From an uncultured Armatimonadetes bacterium (GTDB taxonomy: Bacteria; Armatimonadota; UBA5829; DTJY01): a stretch of DNA of 64,000 bases. Made by a program: the position numbers and the translations under genes. The stretch's first letter is position 1. The number at the start of each line of letters is the position of its first letter. Shown piece after piece: positions 50,615-60,441 of this stretch. Below the pieces are notes generated by a model, which saw nothing but the letters and a program-made list of their open reading frames with translations, ran no database searches and was not told the origin of the DNA. The DNA lies in NCBI GenBank assembly GCA_963717145.1, contig OY970325.1, forward strand, positions 800,001 through 864,000, read 5' to 3'.

Positions 50615-53600
50615 ATGCCTTTTACTCACCTGCATGTACATTCGAACTTTTCGTTCCTGGACGGAGGGAACTCGGTCGAGACGCTGATCGATCGGGCCAG
50701 GGAGATCGGCTGCGATTCGCTTGCCGTCACGGATCACAACGGCCTCTACGGCGCGGTCCGATTCTACGACTACGCCCGGAAGGCCGGGATCAAGCCGATC
50801 ATCGGCGCTGAGATGGCGATGGAGAGCGGCCACCACATCGTCCTGCTGGCGAAGAACCTCTCCGGCTACTCGAACCTCTGCAAGATCGTCACCCGCGCGC
50901 ACCTTTCCCACGAGAAGGGCCATGCCGCCGTCAGCTTTGAAGTCCTCGGCCGCCATAAGGGCGACCTGTTCTGTCTCTCGGGATGCCGCAGGGGCGAGGT
51001 CACGTCCCTCCTCCGCGATGGATGCCCCGATGCCGCGAGGAAGCCGCATCACGATACGCCGAGATCTTCGGCGCGAGCTTCTTCATCGAGATGCAGAACC
51101 ACCTCCTGCCCGGGACCGCGCTTCTCAACCAGGAACTCCATTCCCTGGCGGAGAAGCTCAAGCTCGGAGTGCGTGGCGACGAACAATGTCCACTATGCCC
51201 GGAAGGACGACTTCAAGGTGCAGGACATCCTCGCCTGCGTGCAGACGATCACCACGCTCGACGACCGCCATCCGATCCGCAAGCGGAACTGCGAGTACTA
51301 CCTGAAGTCACCAAAGACGATGGCGAACTTCTTCGTAGCATATCCCCAAGCCCTGATCACCGCCGCCGACATCGCTCAGGCAGTGCAACCTCGATCTTGG
51401 GCTCGGCACGTATCGGTTTCCCGACTTCCCGGTCCCGAAAGGCGAGACGGCCTACAGCTACCTGTGCAAGTTGTGCTTCGAAGGACTACAAAACTTATAC
51501 AAACCTATCACCCCGGAGGCCACGAAGCGCCTCCAGCACGAGCTGTCGATTATCTACGACCTCGGGTTCGCCGAGTACTTCCTCGTGATCTGGGATATCG
51601 TCCGCCAGGCGAGGGATATGGGCATCCGGTGCTCCGGACGTGGATCGGCGGCCGACTCGATGGTCGCCTACTGCCTGGGCATCACGATCGTCGATCCGCT
51701 CGAGCACAACCTGCTGTTCGAGCGGTTCCTCAACCCCGAGCGCAAGGGCATGCCGGATATCGACATCGACTTCGATGCCGCCCGGCGCGACGAGGTGATC
51801 GAGTACATCTACAAGCGCTACGGCGAGGACAAGGTCGCGATGGTCTGCACGGTGAGCACGCTCTGCGCGAAGTCGGCGATCCGTGACGTCGGCAAGGCGA
51901 TGGACTTCCCACAGGAGGAGATCGACTCGCCTGGCATCCGCGTTTGCCCCACACCGCACGCCAAGCGCATCCGGGAGGCGATGGACAAGCTGCCCGAGCT
52001 TCGGGACGGCAACCTGCTCGATCGAGCAAGATGGAGACCCTGGTGGACATCTGCGAGAAGGTCGACGGCTTCCCCCGGCATCTCAGCGTCCACCTCGGCG
52101 GAGCTGGTGATCAGCCGCGGACTGCTCACCGACCTCGTGCCGCTGGAATGGGCGACCAAGGGCGTGATCGTCTCGCAGTTCGACAAGGACGACATCGAGA
52201 CGCTCGGCCTGGTGAAGATGGACATCCTCGGCCTGCGCAACCTCTCGGCGATCGAGGATGCGCTGGCTATTGATCAAGGAGAACCACGGCATCGACCTCG
52301 ACATCGACAACCTCCCGCTCGACGATCCCAAGGTCTATGAGATGCTGCGGACCACCAATACGGTCGGCCTGCTTCCAGGTCGAGTCGCCCGGGATGCGCG
52401 GGCTGCTCGGACGGCTGCAGCCGACGGAGTTCGACGACATCATCGCGCAGATCTCGCTCTTCCGCCCGGGCCCGATGCAGGCGGACATGATCAACCCGTT
52501 CATCACGCGGCGGCACGGCGAGGAGCCGATCACGTACCTGCATCCGAGCCTCGAACCGGTGCTCAAGGAGACCTACGGCGTCATCCTCTACCAGGAGCAG
52601 GTGCCTGCGGGTATCGCAGCGCGCTCGCCGGATTCACGCTCGGGCCAGGCGGATTCGCTCCGGCGCGCCATGACCACCGATCGCTCGCAGGAGGAGATGG
52701 AGAAGATCCGTGAGACCTTCGTCAATGGTGCGCTCAAGAACGGCGTCGATGAGGAGATCGCTGAGGAGGTCTTCTCGCAGCTCAGGGCGTTCGCGGCCTA
52801 CGGGTTCTGCAAGGCGCACGCCGCCTCGTTCGCCAAGATCGCCTATCAGACCGCCTACCTGAAGGCCCACTACCCGGCCGGAGTTCCTGGCCGGAATCCT
52901 CTGCAACGAGCCGATGGGCTTCTACCCGGCGAACGTGATCGTCGAGGAGGCCCGCCGGATCGGCATCGGCATCCTCGGCGTCGATGTCAACCGCAGTCGG
53001 AAGAAGTTCAGCGTCGAGGAGGGCAGAATCCGCATCGGCCTGATGCAGGTGAAGGGAATCAGTGACGCGGCGATCGAATCGATAGAAGGTGTGAGGGTCG
53101 AGCGGGAGTTCGACTCGTTCAGCGACTTCTGCCGGCGGACGAGGGTCGATCGCCCGGTGATCGAGAACCTGATCAATTGCGGCGCGTTCGAGTCCTTCGG
53201 CCATCCGCGTGGGAAGCTGCTGTGGCTGCTGGGGGAGAAGGTGTTGGGTGTTGGGTGTCAGGTGTTAGGGGTCCGGAATCCCGGTTCCCCAACACCGAAC
53301 ACCCAACACCCAACACCCGATCTGCTCGAGATCAACGCCGACGACCAACTCGCCGACCTGCCGGATGTGCCCGAGCCGCCGATGCACGTCCGGGTGCGGA
53401 TGGACTACGAGATCCTCGGCCTCTCGCCGCTCTGCCATCCGATGGTCTTCTACCGGGATACGCTCGCCCAAGCGGGTATCGTCAAGAGCACCGAGGCGAA
53501 AGAGAAGCCCGGCGGATCGATCATCAAGGTCGCAGGAGTCGTGGTCACGTGTATGCGTCCGCCGACAAAGTCGGGGGTCATCGTGGTCTTCGTCACGCTG

Positions 53601-53864
53601 GAAGACGAGTTCGGCCTCGTGGACTCGGTGATCTTCCCGAAGGTCTACGAGCAATACGGGCCGGTGATCTTCAACAGCCCCGGCCTGATCATCGAGGGCA
53701 AGGTCGAGCGGATGGGCAAGCGCGGGCTTTCGATCATCGCGAGGAAGATATGGCCGCTCACTCCCGAATATAGGAATGAGGGCATCGAGGCCGACTCGCA
53801 GGGCTACCGCGAGCGAAAACGTTCCGCCGGCCAGCGCTCCTGGGTAAAGAGCCAGGGAGTCTGA
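50615..53864 (+). CDS. dnaE2: Error-prone DNA polymerase III alpha subunit DnaE2, many frameshifts
   Basis: HLHVHSNFSFLDG PHP, RGSAADS, PDIDIDF, YGFCKAHAASFA, PMGFY, OB fold RPPTKSG...FVTLEDE; split over about 10 frame changes. Confidence 0.85.
53240..53318. repeat. GGTGTTG/CAACACC inverted heptamer array in-frame within dnaE2
   Basis: Translates as VLGVGCQVLGVRNPGSPTPNTQHPTP. Confidence 0.85.
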
Positions 53865-53886
53865 TATGGCTCTTTACCCAGGAGCG
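53835..53886. terminator. Perfect 20-bp hairpin spanning the dnaE2 stop
   Basis: CGCTCCTGGGTAAAGAGCCA/TGGCTCTTTACCCAGGAGCG; no U-tract. Confidence 0.5.
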
Positions 53887-53973
53887 GAGCCAGCACATCT
53901 CTGACTCTCCGGGTGGAGACTGTCAACGATCACCGCTTGCCACCACCGCCTGTGCTCCGGTACAATCGGCAAT

Positions 53974-54942
53974 GTGGAAACCGGTGATGTATCCAGAGTC
54001 CAGCATCGAGTTTCGAGGCGGCGGCTTGCGGACGCGCTCGGGGCGTATGCGTTCCTGCTGCCGAACCTGATCGGCTTCCTGGCGTTCACGTTTCTCCCGA
54101 TCCTGGCGTCGCTCGCACTGAGCCTCACGAACTGGGACGTCCTCCAGCCGCTCGGGGCGAAGAACTACGTCGGCCTGAGCAACTTCGGCGAGCTGCTCGG
54201 ATTCCATCGGGAGGCCGGACAGCTCATCGCCAACGATCCCGACTTCTGGAAGTACCTCTGGAACACGCTCTTTCTGATGCTTGGCATCCCGCTCGGGGTC
54301 GCCGGATCGCTCGTCACCGCGCTGCTGCTCAACCAGAAGATTCGCGGCGTCACCGTCTTCCGCACGATCTACTTCCTGCCGAGCATCTGCTCCGGCGTGG
54401 CGGTGGCGCTTCTCTGGCGGTGGATCTACAATCCCGAGTACGGCCTGCTGAACGCGTTCCTCCTGAAGCTCATCCACCTCAGGGAAGCGCCGATGTGGCT
54501 CTTCGACCCGGCGCTCGCGAAACCGTCGCTGATCATCATGGGCCTCTGGGCGGGGATCGGCGGGATGAACTGCCTGCTCTACCTCGCCGGCCTCCAGGGA
54601 ATCCCGCAGGAGTACTACGAGGCGGCCGACATCGACGGCGCGGGCTCGTGGATGAAGTTCCGGCACATCACCTGGAAGCTGCTCAGCCCGACGACCTTCT
54701 TCATCGCGGTGATGAGCATCATCGGCGGTTTCCAGGGTGGATTCATGCAGGCGTTCCTGATGACGAGCGGCGGGCCGGCGGGCTCGACCACGACGATCAT
54801 GTACTACATCTACAACAACGCGTTCGGCGGCTTCTACCGCATGGGATACGCCTGCGCGATCGCATGGGTGCTCTTCATGCTGGTGCTCGGCTTCACGATC
54901 ATCAACTGGCGAGTCGGCTCGAAGCTCGTACACTATTCGTAG
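53974..54942 (+). CDS. Carbohydrate ABC permease (MalF-like)
   Basis: FRTIYFLP, LQGIPQEYYEAADIDGAG, MGYACA. Confidence 0.92.
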   Translation: METGDVSRVQHRVSRRRLADALGAYAFLLPNLIGFLAFTFLPILASLALSLTNWDVLQPLGAKNYVGLSNFGELLGFHREAGQLIANDPDFWKYLWNTLFLMLGIPLGVAGSLVTALLLNQKIRGVTVFRTIYFLPSICSGVAVALLWRWIYNPEYGLLNAFLLKLIHLREAPMWLFDPALAKPSLIIMGLWAGIGGMNCLLYLAGLQGIPQEYYEAADIDGAGSWMKFRHITWKLLSPTTFFIAVMSIIGGFQGGFMQAFLMTSGGPAGSTTTIMYYIYNNAFGGFYRMGYACAIAWVLFMLVLGFTIINWRVGSKLVHYS

Positions 54943-55056
54943 GAACACAGATGGCACAGATGGCGGAGGATAGAACAGATGGGATTTTGATTGAAGACCA
55001 GAATTGCATCTGCTCAATCCGCTTTTCATCTGTTCCATCTGTGTTCTAAAGGCTTT

Positions 55057-56121
55057 ATGAAACTCAAGGCGCGCATACTCAGCATACTGGTGTTCATCAT
55101 CCTCGCGGCGGGCGGGGTGACCATGCTCGCGCCTCTGGTGTGGATGATCTCGACCTCGCTGAAGGAACAGGGGGAGGTCTTCCGCTTCCCGCCGAAGTGG
55201 GTCCCGAGCGAGCAGGTCGTCGTGCGCGAGGGCGATCGGTACCTCAAGCAGGCGTGGCTCGAACAGGACGGCCGGCGGATCAAGGTTGTCCGACTTCTGG
55301 AGAAGAAGTCATATACCGTCGTCCGAGCGGAGAACGGCGAAACCCTGACCGTCCCGCGAAGGGACCTGATCCCCGTCGAGCGCACCAAGTTCGTCTGGTC
55401 GAACTACTCGCGCGCATGGAAGGCGTTCCCGGTCGATGAGGCGCTCTTCGGGCTGGTGAAGAATGCGGACGGCTTCCTGGTCTGGTATATCAACAGCCTG
55501 GTCGTCGCGTTCTGCATCATGTTCGGGCAATTGCTTACGAGTTCGCTCGCGGCATATGCGTTCGCGCGGTTGACGTTCCCGGGGCGGGACAAGCTGTTCC
55601 TGGGCTACCTGGCGACGATGATGGTGCCCGGCGTCGTGACGATGATCCCGGTCTTCGTCCTGCTGAAGTACCTCGACGCGTGGACCGGCGTGCCCTGGCG
55701 CGACACGTACAAGGCGCTGATCCTGCCGGGGATGTTCTCGGCGTATGGGACGTTCATGCTGCGGCAGTTCTTCCTGACGATCCCGAAGGACCTGGAGGAC
55801 GCGGCGCGGATCGACGGCTGCACGAAGCTCGGGGTCTATCGGAACGTGATCCTGCCGCTCAGCAAGCCGGCGCTGGCGACCCTGGCGACGATCATCTTCA
55901 TGGGCTCGTGGAACGACTTCATGTGGCCGCTGATTGTCACCGACAGCACGGGAATGAAGACGCTCCCGGTCGGCTTGGCGTCGTTCCAGGGGCAGTACAA
56001 CACCGACTGGACGATGCTGATGGCGGCCTCGATCATCGTGCTGCTGCCGGTACTGCTGGTGTTCATCTTCAACCAGCGGTTCTTCGTCCGCGGGATCGTG
56101 ATGAGTGGACTGAAGGCTTGA
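55057..56121 (+). CDS. Carbohydrate ABC permease (MalG-like)
   Basis: AYAFARL, IPKDLEDAARIDG, WNDFMWPL. Confidence 0.92.
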   Translation: MKLKARILSILVFIILAAGGVTMLAPLVWMISTSLKEQGEVFRFPPKWVPSEQVVVREGDRYLKQAWLEQDGRRIKVVRLLEKKSYTVVRAENGETLTVPRRDLIPVERTKFVWSNYSRAWKAFPVDEALFGLVKNADGFLVWYINSLVVAFCIMFGQLLTSSLAAYAFARLTFPGRDKLFLGYLATMMVPGVVTMIPVFVLLKYLDAWTGVPWRDTYKALILPGMFSAYGTFMLRQFFLTIPKDLEDAARIDGCTKLGVYRNVILPLSKPALATLATIIFMGSWNDFMWPLIVTDSTGMKTLPVGLASFQGQYNTDWTMLMAASIIVLLPVLLVFIFNQRFFVRGIVMSGLKA

Positions 56122-56145
56122 ACCGCACATTTGGGAGGGACAATC

Positions 56146-56775
56146 ATGGCCAAGAGAAACATACGCGATCGTCTGATCAATACGGTCATCGGCGCTGCCG
56201 CTGTGCTGATCACCTACTGGGCATTGCAGAACACCGTGATCGGTTTCTGGCTCGAAAACAGGCATATGCCGAGTAACATATACGAGGCGGCGATGGTCGG
56301 TAGCGTTGGCAGGATAACGCACTACCTGGACAGCGGCGTCCGTGTGAATGATCGAGACCCGGACAGCGGGATGACAGCACTTCACTATGCTGCTCTCAAA
56401 GGCAAGACACGGGCGGTGAAGTTCCTGATAGCACGTGGAGCAGACGTCAACGTGGCCGATCCTTCAGGCGACACGCCTCTTCACCTGGCAGCGGGGGGAG
56501 GACATGCGGACGTTGCGGACATACTGCTGTCGAAGGGTGCGGATATCAACGCTCTGGGTGAGCACTATCGGTACACTCCGCTCAATACGGCGTTGCGTGC
56601 AATGGAGATGCGGCATGGCAGGGTCAACACCCGTGACGTAGTTCGGCTTCTCATATCACGAGGCGCTGATCCGAATATCAGGGATGTCAGCAAGATGACC
56701 CCACTCAAGATTGCAGAGCGGGCCGGGTTCAAGGATATCGCTGCCGACCTGCGCAAGCACGGTGCTAAGCCTTAG
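56146..56775 (+). CDS. Membrane-anchored ankyrin repeat protein
   Basis: GMTALHYAA, GDTPLHLAA, YTPL, MTPL; N-terminal TM segment. Confidence 0.9.
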   Translation: MAKRNIRDRLINTVIGAAAVLITYWALQNTVIGFWLENRHMPSNIYEAAMVGSVGRITHYLDSGVRVNDRDPDSGMTALHYAALKGKTRAVKFLIARGADVNVADPSGDTPLHLAAGGGHADVADILLSKGADINALGEHYRYTPLNTALRAMEMRHGRVNTRDVVRLLISRGADPNIRDVSKMTPLKIAERAGFKDIAADLRKHGAKP

Positions 56776-57016
56776 GTCTGCCATCAGCGAGACCCTTGAG
56801 CATTCGCCCGTACTTCTTGTTGCCCTTATCCAGCGCCGCCTCTACGCGCTCGGTATGGACAGCGATCTGCTCGGGCGCGGCAGGCTCGATGATCAGCTTC
56901 GAGCCGTCCGTAGTGATCGACACCCAGGACTCTATGCCTAGAAGGTCCATCGTGCTCTTGTCGAGCACCAGCGCACGGCTGTTTCCGTGTCTAGTCAGCT
57001 TCTTGACGACCGGCAT
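56765..57016 (-). CDS. AbrB/MazE-type antitoxin-like protein (orphan)
   Basis: KKLTRHGNSRALVLDK...TTDGSKLIIEP; C-terminal KYGRMLKGLA; RBS GAGG. Confidence 0.8.
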   Translation of the reverse strand: MPVVKKLTRHGNSRALVLDKSTMDLLGIESWVSITTDGSKLIIEPAAPEQIAVHTERVEAALDKGNKKYGRMLKGLADGRPKA

Positions 57017-57041
57017 TCTCTCCACCTCGTTTCGTGCATAC

Positions 57042-57080
57042 ATCGTGAATACATTGTACCACGATCGGACGGATTGTCAA
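57042..57080 (-). promoter_or_regulatory. Promoter and palindromic operator of AbrB-like gene
   Basis: TTGACA-16bp-TACAAT; ATCGTG...CACGAT palindrome across the -10. Confidence 0.7.
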
Positions 57081-57155
57081 TACTACCGCGCAGGAGAATG
57101 CCTGCACCTCGGCGAAAGGCTCTCAGGCGCAGTGTGCTCCAAAAGGAGGCAGGAA

Positions 57156-58421
57156 GTGGCAAGAGCATATATCACCCTGGCGATGGTCATGCTCATCGCG
57201 TGCACGGCAAAGGGAGAGGACCAGGTCCAGGTCAAGGACGGCATCGTCATGCCGCGCCGACCTGTGTGTGAAGCCATCGCCGACGCCATGAAGTTCCTGA
57301 AGAAGGCCGACGGCGCTTACGTGCCGGGCAAGATCGACGGCGAACTGGCCGGCTACTTCCTCAGCGCCCACGTCAACGCCGATGGGTCGCGGGTGGATCG
57401 GCAGCTCGCATTCCCCGCGCGCCAGCATGCCTACTTCATTCGCACGTTCCTCCTGTGGCGCAAACACACCGGCGAGGACGAATGGCTCGTCCGGGCGCGC
57501 GATCTCGCCGACTGGAATCTGGCCCATTCCACTCCGGCCGACGCCCACTATCCGCATCTCCCGTACTCGGCATATGTCGACGGCAAACCCACGGGCTCGG
57601 GGGATCTGAACAGCACCGAGCCGGACAAGGCGGCCTGGATCGGAAGCGCCTACATCGCCCTGTGCGACGCCACCTCCGAGAAGAAGTATCTCACCGCCGC
57701 AAAGGCCGTCGCCAACACCCTGGTCAAGCGCCAGAATGCGGATGGAAGCTGGCCGTTCCGTGTGATCCCCGGGGACGGCAAGGTCTATCAGGAGTTCGGG
57801 GGCGCGCCGGTCTTCTTCGTCCAGTTCTTCGAGGACATGCTGCGTTACGATAAGAAGTCCGCCTACGAGAAGGCGCACGACCAGGCGCTGAAGCTCATGA
57901 TCGATCGGAACGTCGAGAAGGACCTCTGGGGCACGTACCACGAGGACGTCAAGCTGAAGCCCGAGAACAAGTACTCCGCCGAGCCGATGTGCTTCACGGC
58001 GGACTACCTGTTCCGCAACGCGAAGGCGCACCCCGAGTACATCGAGATGGGCCGCCGCATCCTCGGTCGACTGGAGGGGCGACTGGTTCACACCGAGGGA
58101 CACCCCGCCGCACCCGCGCCCGCGGTTTCCGAGCAGGAGGGCTTCGAGCACATGATGCCGGGCCACACGGCGCGGTACTGCCTGGCGCTGGCCGACCTCT
58201 ATGCCGCCACGGGTGACAAGGACGCCAAACGCAAGGCGCTCTCCGGCATCAACGCGCTCACCTACATGCAGTCGCCGGCCGGACTCTTCGCCACGTTCTT
58301 CCAGAAGGTGAACGAGAAAGAGGGCGCGAAGCCGAGGCCGAACTGGTACTCCCAGCACCTCTATACCGTCTGCCACGTGCTCGAAGCGCTGCCGCTCCTG
58401 CCTGAGATTCGGAAGGAGTAA
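57156..58421 (+). CDS. Secreted alpha/alpha-toroid protein (glycoside hydrolase/lyase-like)
   Basis: RBS AAGGAGG, signal peptide; helical repeats KRQNADGSWPF, LYAATGD. Confidence 0.6.
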   Translation: MARAYITLAMVMLIACTAKGEDQVQVKDGIVMPRRPVCEAIADAMKFLKKADGAYVPGKIDGELAGYFLSAHVNADGSRVDRQLAFPARQHAYFIRTFLLWRKHTGEDEWLVRARDLADWNLAHSTPADAHYPHLPYSAYVDGKPTGSGDLNSTEPDKAAWIGSAYIALCDATSEKKYLTAAKAVANTLVKRQNADGSWPFRVIPGDGKVYQEFGGAPVFFVQFFEDMLRYDKKSAYEKAHDQALKLMIDRNVEKDLWGTYHEDVKLKPENKYSAEPMCFTADYLFRNAKAHPEYIEMGRRILGRLEGRLVHTEGHPAAPAPAVSEQEGFEHMMPGHTARYCLALADLYAATGDKDAKRKALSGINALTYMQSPAGLFATFFQKVNEKEGAKPRPNWYSQHLYTVCHVLEALPLLPEIRKE

Positions 58422-58571
58422 CCGCTGATGAACGCAGATGGACGCAGATGGGGTGTTAGGTGTTCGGGAAGTAGTAACCGCCGATGAACGCGGATGGACG
58501 CAGATGCCGGATTCCGGCTTTTCCGTCCATCCGCGTTCATTTGCGTTCATCGGCGGTTACTACTCAATGGC

Positions 58572-59219
58572 CTATCCCCCCGCGGCGACCGTCTGCTCGG
58601 GGGAGAACGCGCCGATGTCCGACTCGCGGGTCGCGCGGTAGGCCACCTTGTACGTCGCATCCACCGCCGGGCCGCTGACCGTATCGACATACGGCGACGA
58701 GGTGTCGTAGGCGATCATGTGGAAGTCCGACTCGCCCGTTGTCTTCCGCCAAATCACGCACCCTCGCGCCCAATCCGGCTTGCCGTTGTGAAGCTCGTTC
58801 GAGGCGTCCGTCCCGAAATGGACGATCACCTGGCCGGGCTTCGTCTCCAGGAACACGCTCGGGACATCCACGCCGACCGACGAAGAGGTATGCTCGCTCG
58901 GAACGGTGATCCCCAGCATCCCTCTGAGCTGGTTGCCCATCCCCGGATGGTTCTGGATTCGGCGCACGAGCGGCCGCAGGACCGCCTCGAAGGCAGCGCG
59001 CTGGGTCTTCTTCAATTCTATCGCGGACTTCGCGAGGGCCTGCTGCTGAATCTGGTTGGTCACCGCGCCGGAGAAGCTGTCCTGTGCGGACGTCAGCGGG
59101 ACAAGGTCCGCCGCGACGAGGCCCACGACACCCATATTGGTGTTCAAAACGTCTGCGAAGTTGACCGCCCAAGTGACGAACTCGGAGTCACTGACTGGAA
59201 TGTACTTAGTTCCCGGCAT
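58572..59219 (-). CDS. Hypothetical protein: helical N-domain plus FN3-like C-domain
   Basis: RBS AGGAGG; YIPVSDSEF...; KPDWARGCVIW...PYVD...YKVAY...IGAFS. Confidence 0.75.
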   Translation of the reverse strand: MPGTKYIPVSDSEFVTWAVNFADVLNTNMGVVGLVAADLVPLTSAQDSFSGAVTNQIQQQALAKSAIELKKTQRAAFEAVLRPLVRRIQNHPGMGNQLRGMLGITVPSEHTSSSVGVDVPSVFLETKPGQVIVHFGTDASNELHNGKPDWARGCVIWRKTTGESDFHMIAYDTSSPYVDTVSGPAVDATYKVAYRATRESDIGAFSPEQTVAAGG

Positions 59220-59251
59220 CTGTATTGCCTCCTGATGTTAGAATCGGTGTC

Positions 59252-59398
59252 GCTCCCCACGATCGCTGAGTCGCATTCGCCGCGGTCCGAGTCGCGAACG
59301 GCGATTGCGACGGCGCAGTTGGCGTTCGCGACGCATTCCCCGGCGCTCGCGACGGCGCAAGTATGCCATGCGACCTCGCTCCCGCCGATCGCGACGGC
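59252..59398. repeat. Degenerate 21-bp tandem array (7 units)
   Basis: GCGAC at 59307, 59328, 59349, 59370, 59391; GCGACGGCGC every 42 bp. Confidence 0.8.
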
Positions 59399-59472
59399 GC
59401 GTGCCTTGTGTGACGAGCTACTATCATCATTATCGGCGTCTCGTCGAGCGTTCTGCAGGTATATTTGCGGGG

Positions 59473-60432
59473 TTACGGCCGTTCAGCGCGGTCCTCTTCG
59501 TTCCCCAAAGTCTGCGCGAACAACACCTTACCCAGTGCAAGCGCCTGAAGCATGACTTCTTCCAGATCAGAGAGAGCCCCGATGGTGGGAAGTAGGTATT
59601 TGAACATGCTAGTTACGCTAGCAGGCACGAGAGCAAAGTCACCCGCTTCCTTTCGCTGGTCAAACATGAACCATTTCTCGCGCAGCACGACATACGCTTT
59701 GAGCTTTGCCCCCAATAGACCTACCATAACATCCGTGGGCTGAAAGGAAGATGCTTCGTATATTTCCCAGAGGCCACGCAAGAACTGGTTATGCCATGCA
59801 AACTCTTGCACCCACCAGAAGAATGCGTCCTGGAATTCCTCAGGCTTGACAAAGCCCCCCTGGACCTCCAGGGCAAGGTCCACGCACCTCCGATGAAGCG
59901 CAGAGGTATGAAACACCAGCCTAGTGAGGTGGGTGCGCTGTGAGAGATTCGATAGCTCCGCCATCAGGTGTGAGTAGTAGGGGCCAACGTATGCAGGTAC
60001 TTCATTGGCAAACAAGGCATCATCTCCATTACTGCGGAGAATCATGCGCACTTTCCGTTGGCTGTCGACGGATCGTGGGTAGTCGGGATAGGCGCGCTCC
60101 AACCACTCGAACCAGAACCGTCTTGTATGTGTATCCACCAGGACAACGACCACCGGGGGGAGTTTCCCCAGCCAGTAGTTGATCGTTGCTTGCGGAATCG
60201 TCACAGCTGTTGTCAGTTTCCGAGGGTCCTTGACGCTTATCTTGCCCTTCACCTGTACGTAGAACTCCTCGCCTGTGACGCTACCGTCTCGCGTCAGTTC
60301 AACGCGCAGATCAAGGCCATAGTCCGGCTGAAGGCTCGATATGACCCATTCGGATGGACAGAGTGACATAAAGATGCGTACAGCTTCGTCGCCGATAATG
60401 TGACTTGGAGGCCGCTGGGGAAAGCTTGGCAT
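59473..60432 (-). CDS. DUF4365 (PD-(D/E)XK-like) domain protein with helical C-terminus
   Basis: PDYGLDLRVE...GEEFYVQVKG, TINYW. Confidence 0.8.
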   Translation of the reverse strand: MPSFPQRPPSHIIGDEAVRIFMSLCPSEWVISSLQPDYGLDLRVELTRDGSVTGEEFYVQVKGKISVKDPRKLTTAVTIPQATINYWLGKLPPVVVVLVDTHTRRFWFEWLERAYPDYPRSVDSQRKVRMILRSNGDDALFANEVPAYVGPYYSHLMAELSNLSQRTHLTRLVFHTSALHRRCVDLALEVQGGFVKPEEFQDAFFWWVQEFAWHNQFLRGLWEIYEASSFQPTDVMVGLLGAKLKAYVVLREKWFMFDQRKEAGDFALVPASVTSMFKYLLPTIGALSDLEEVMLQALALGKVLFAQTLGNEEDRAERP

Positions 60433-60441
60433 CAGCCGTTC

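Noticed and set aside
59252-59398. Possible mini-CRISPR
   Set aside because: 21-nt degenerate tandem period with no repeat-spacer structure
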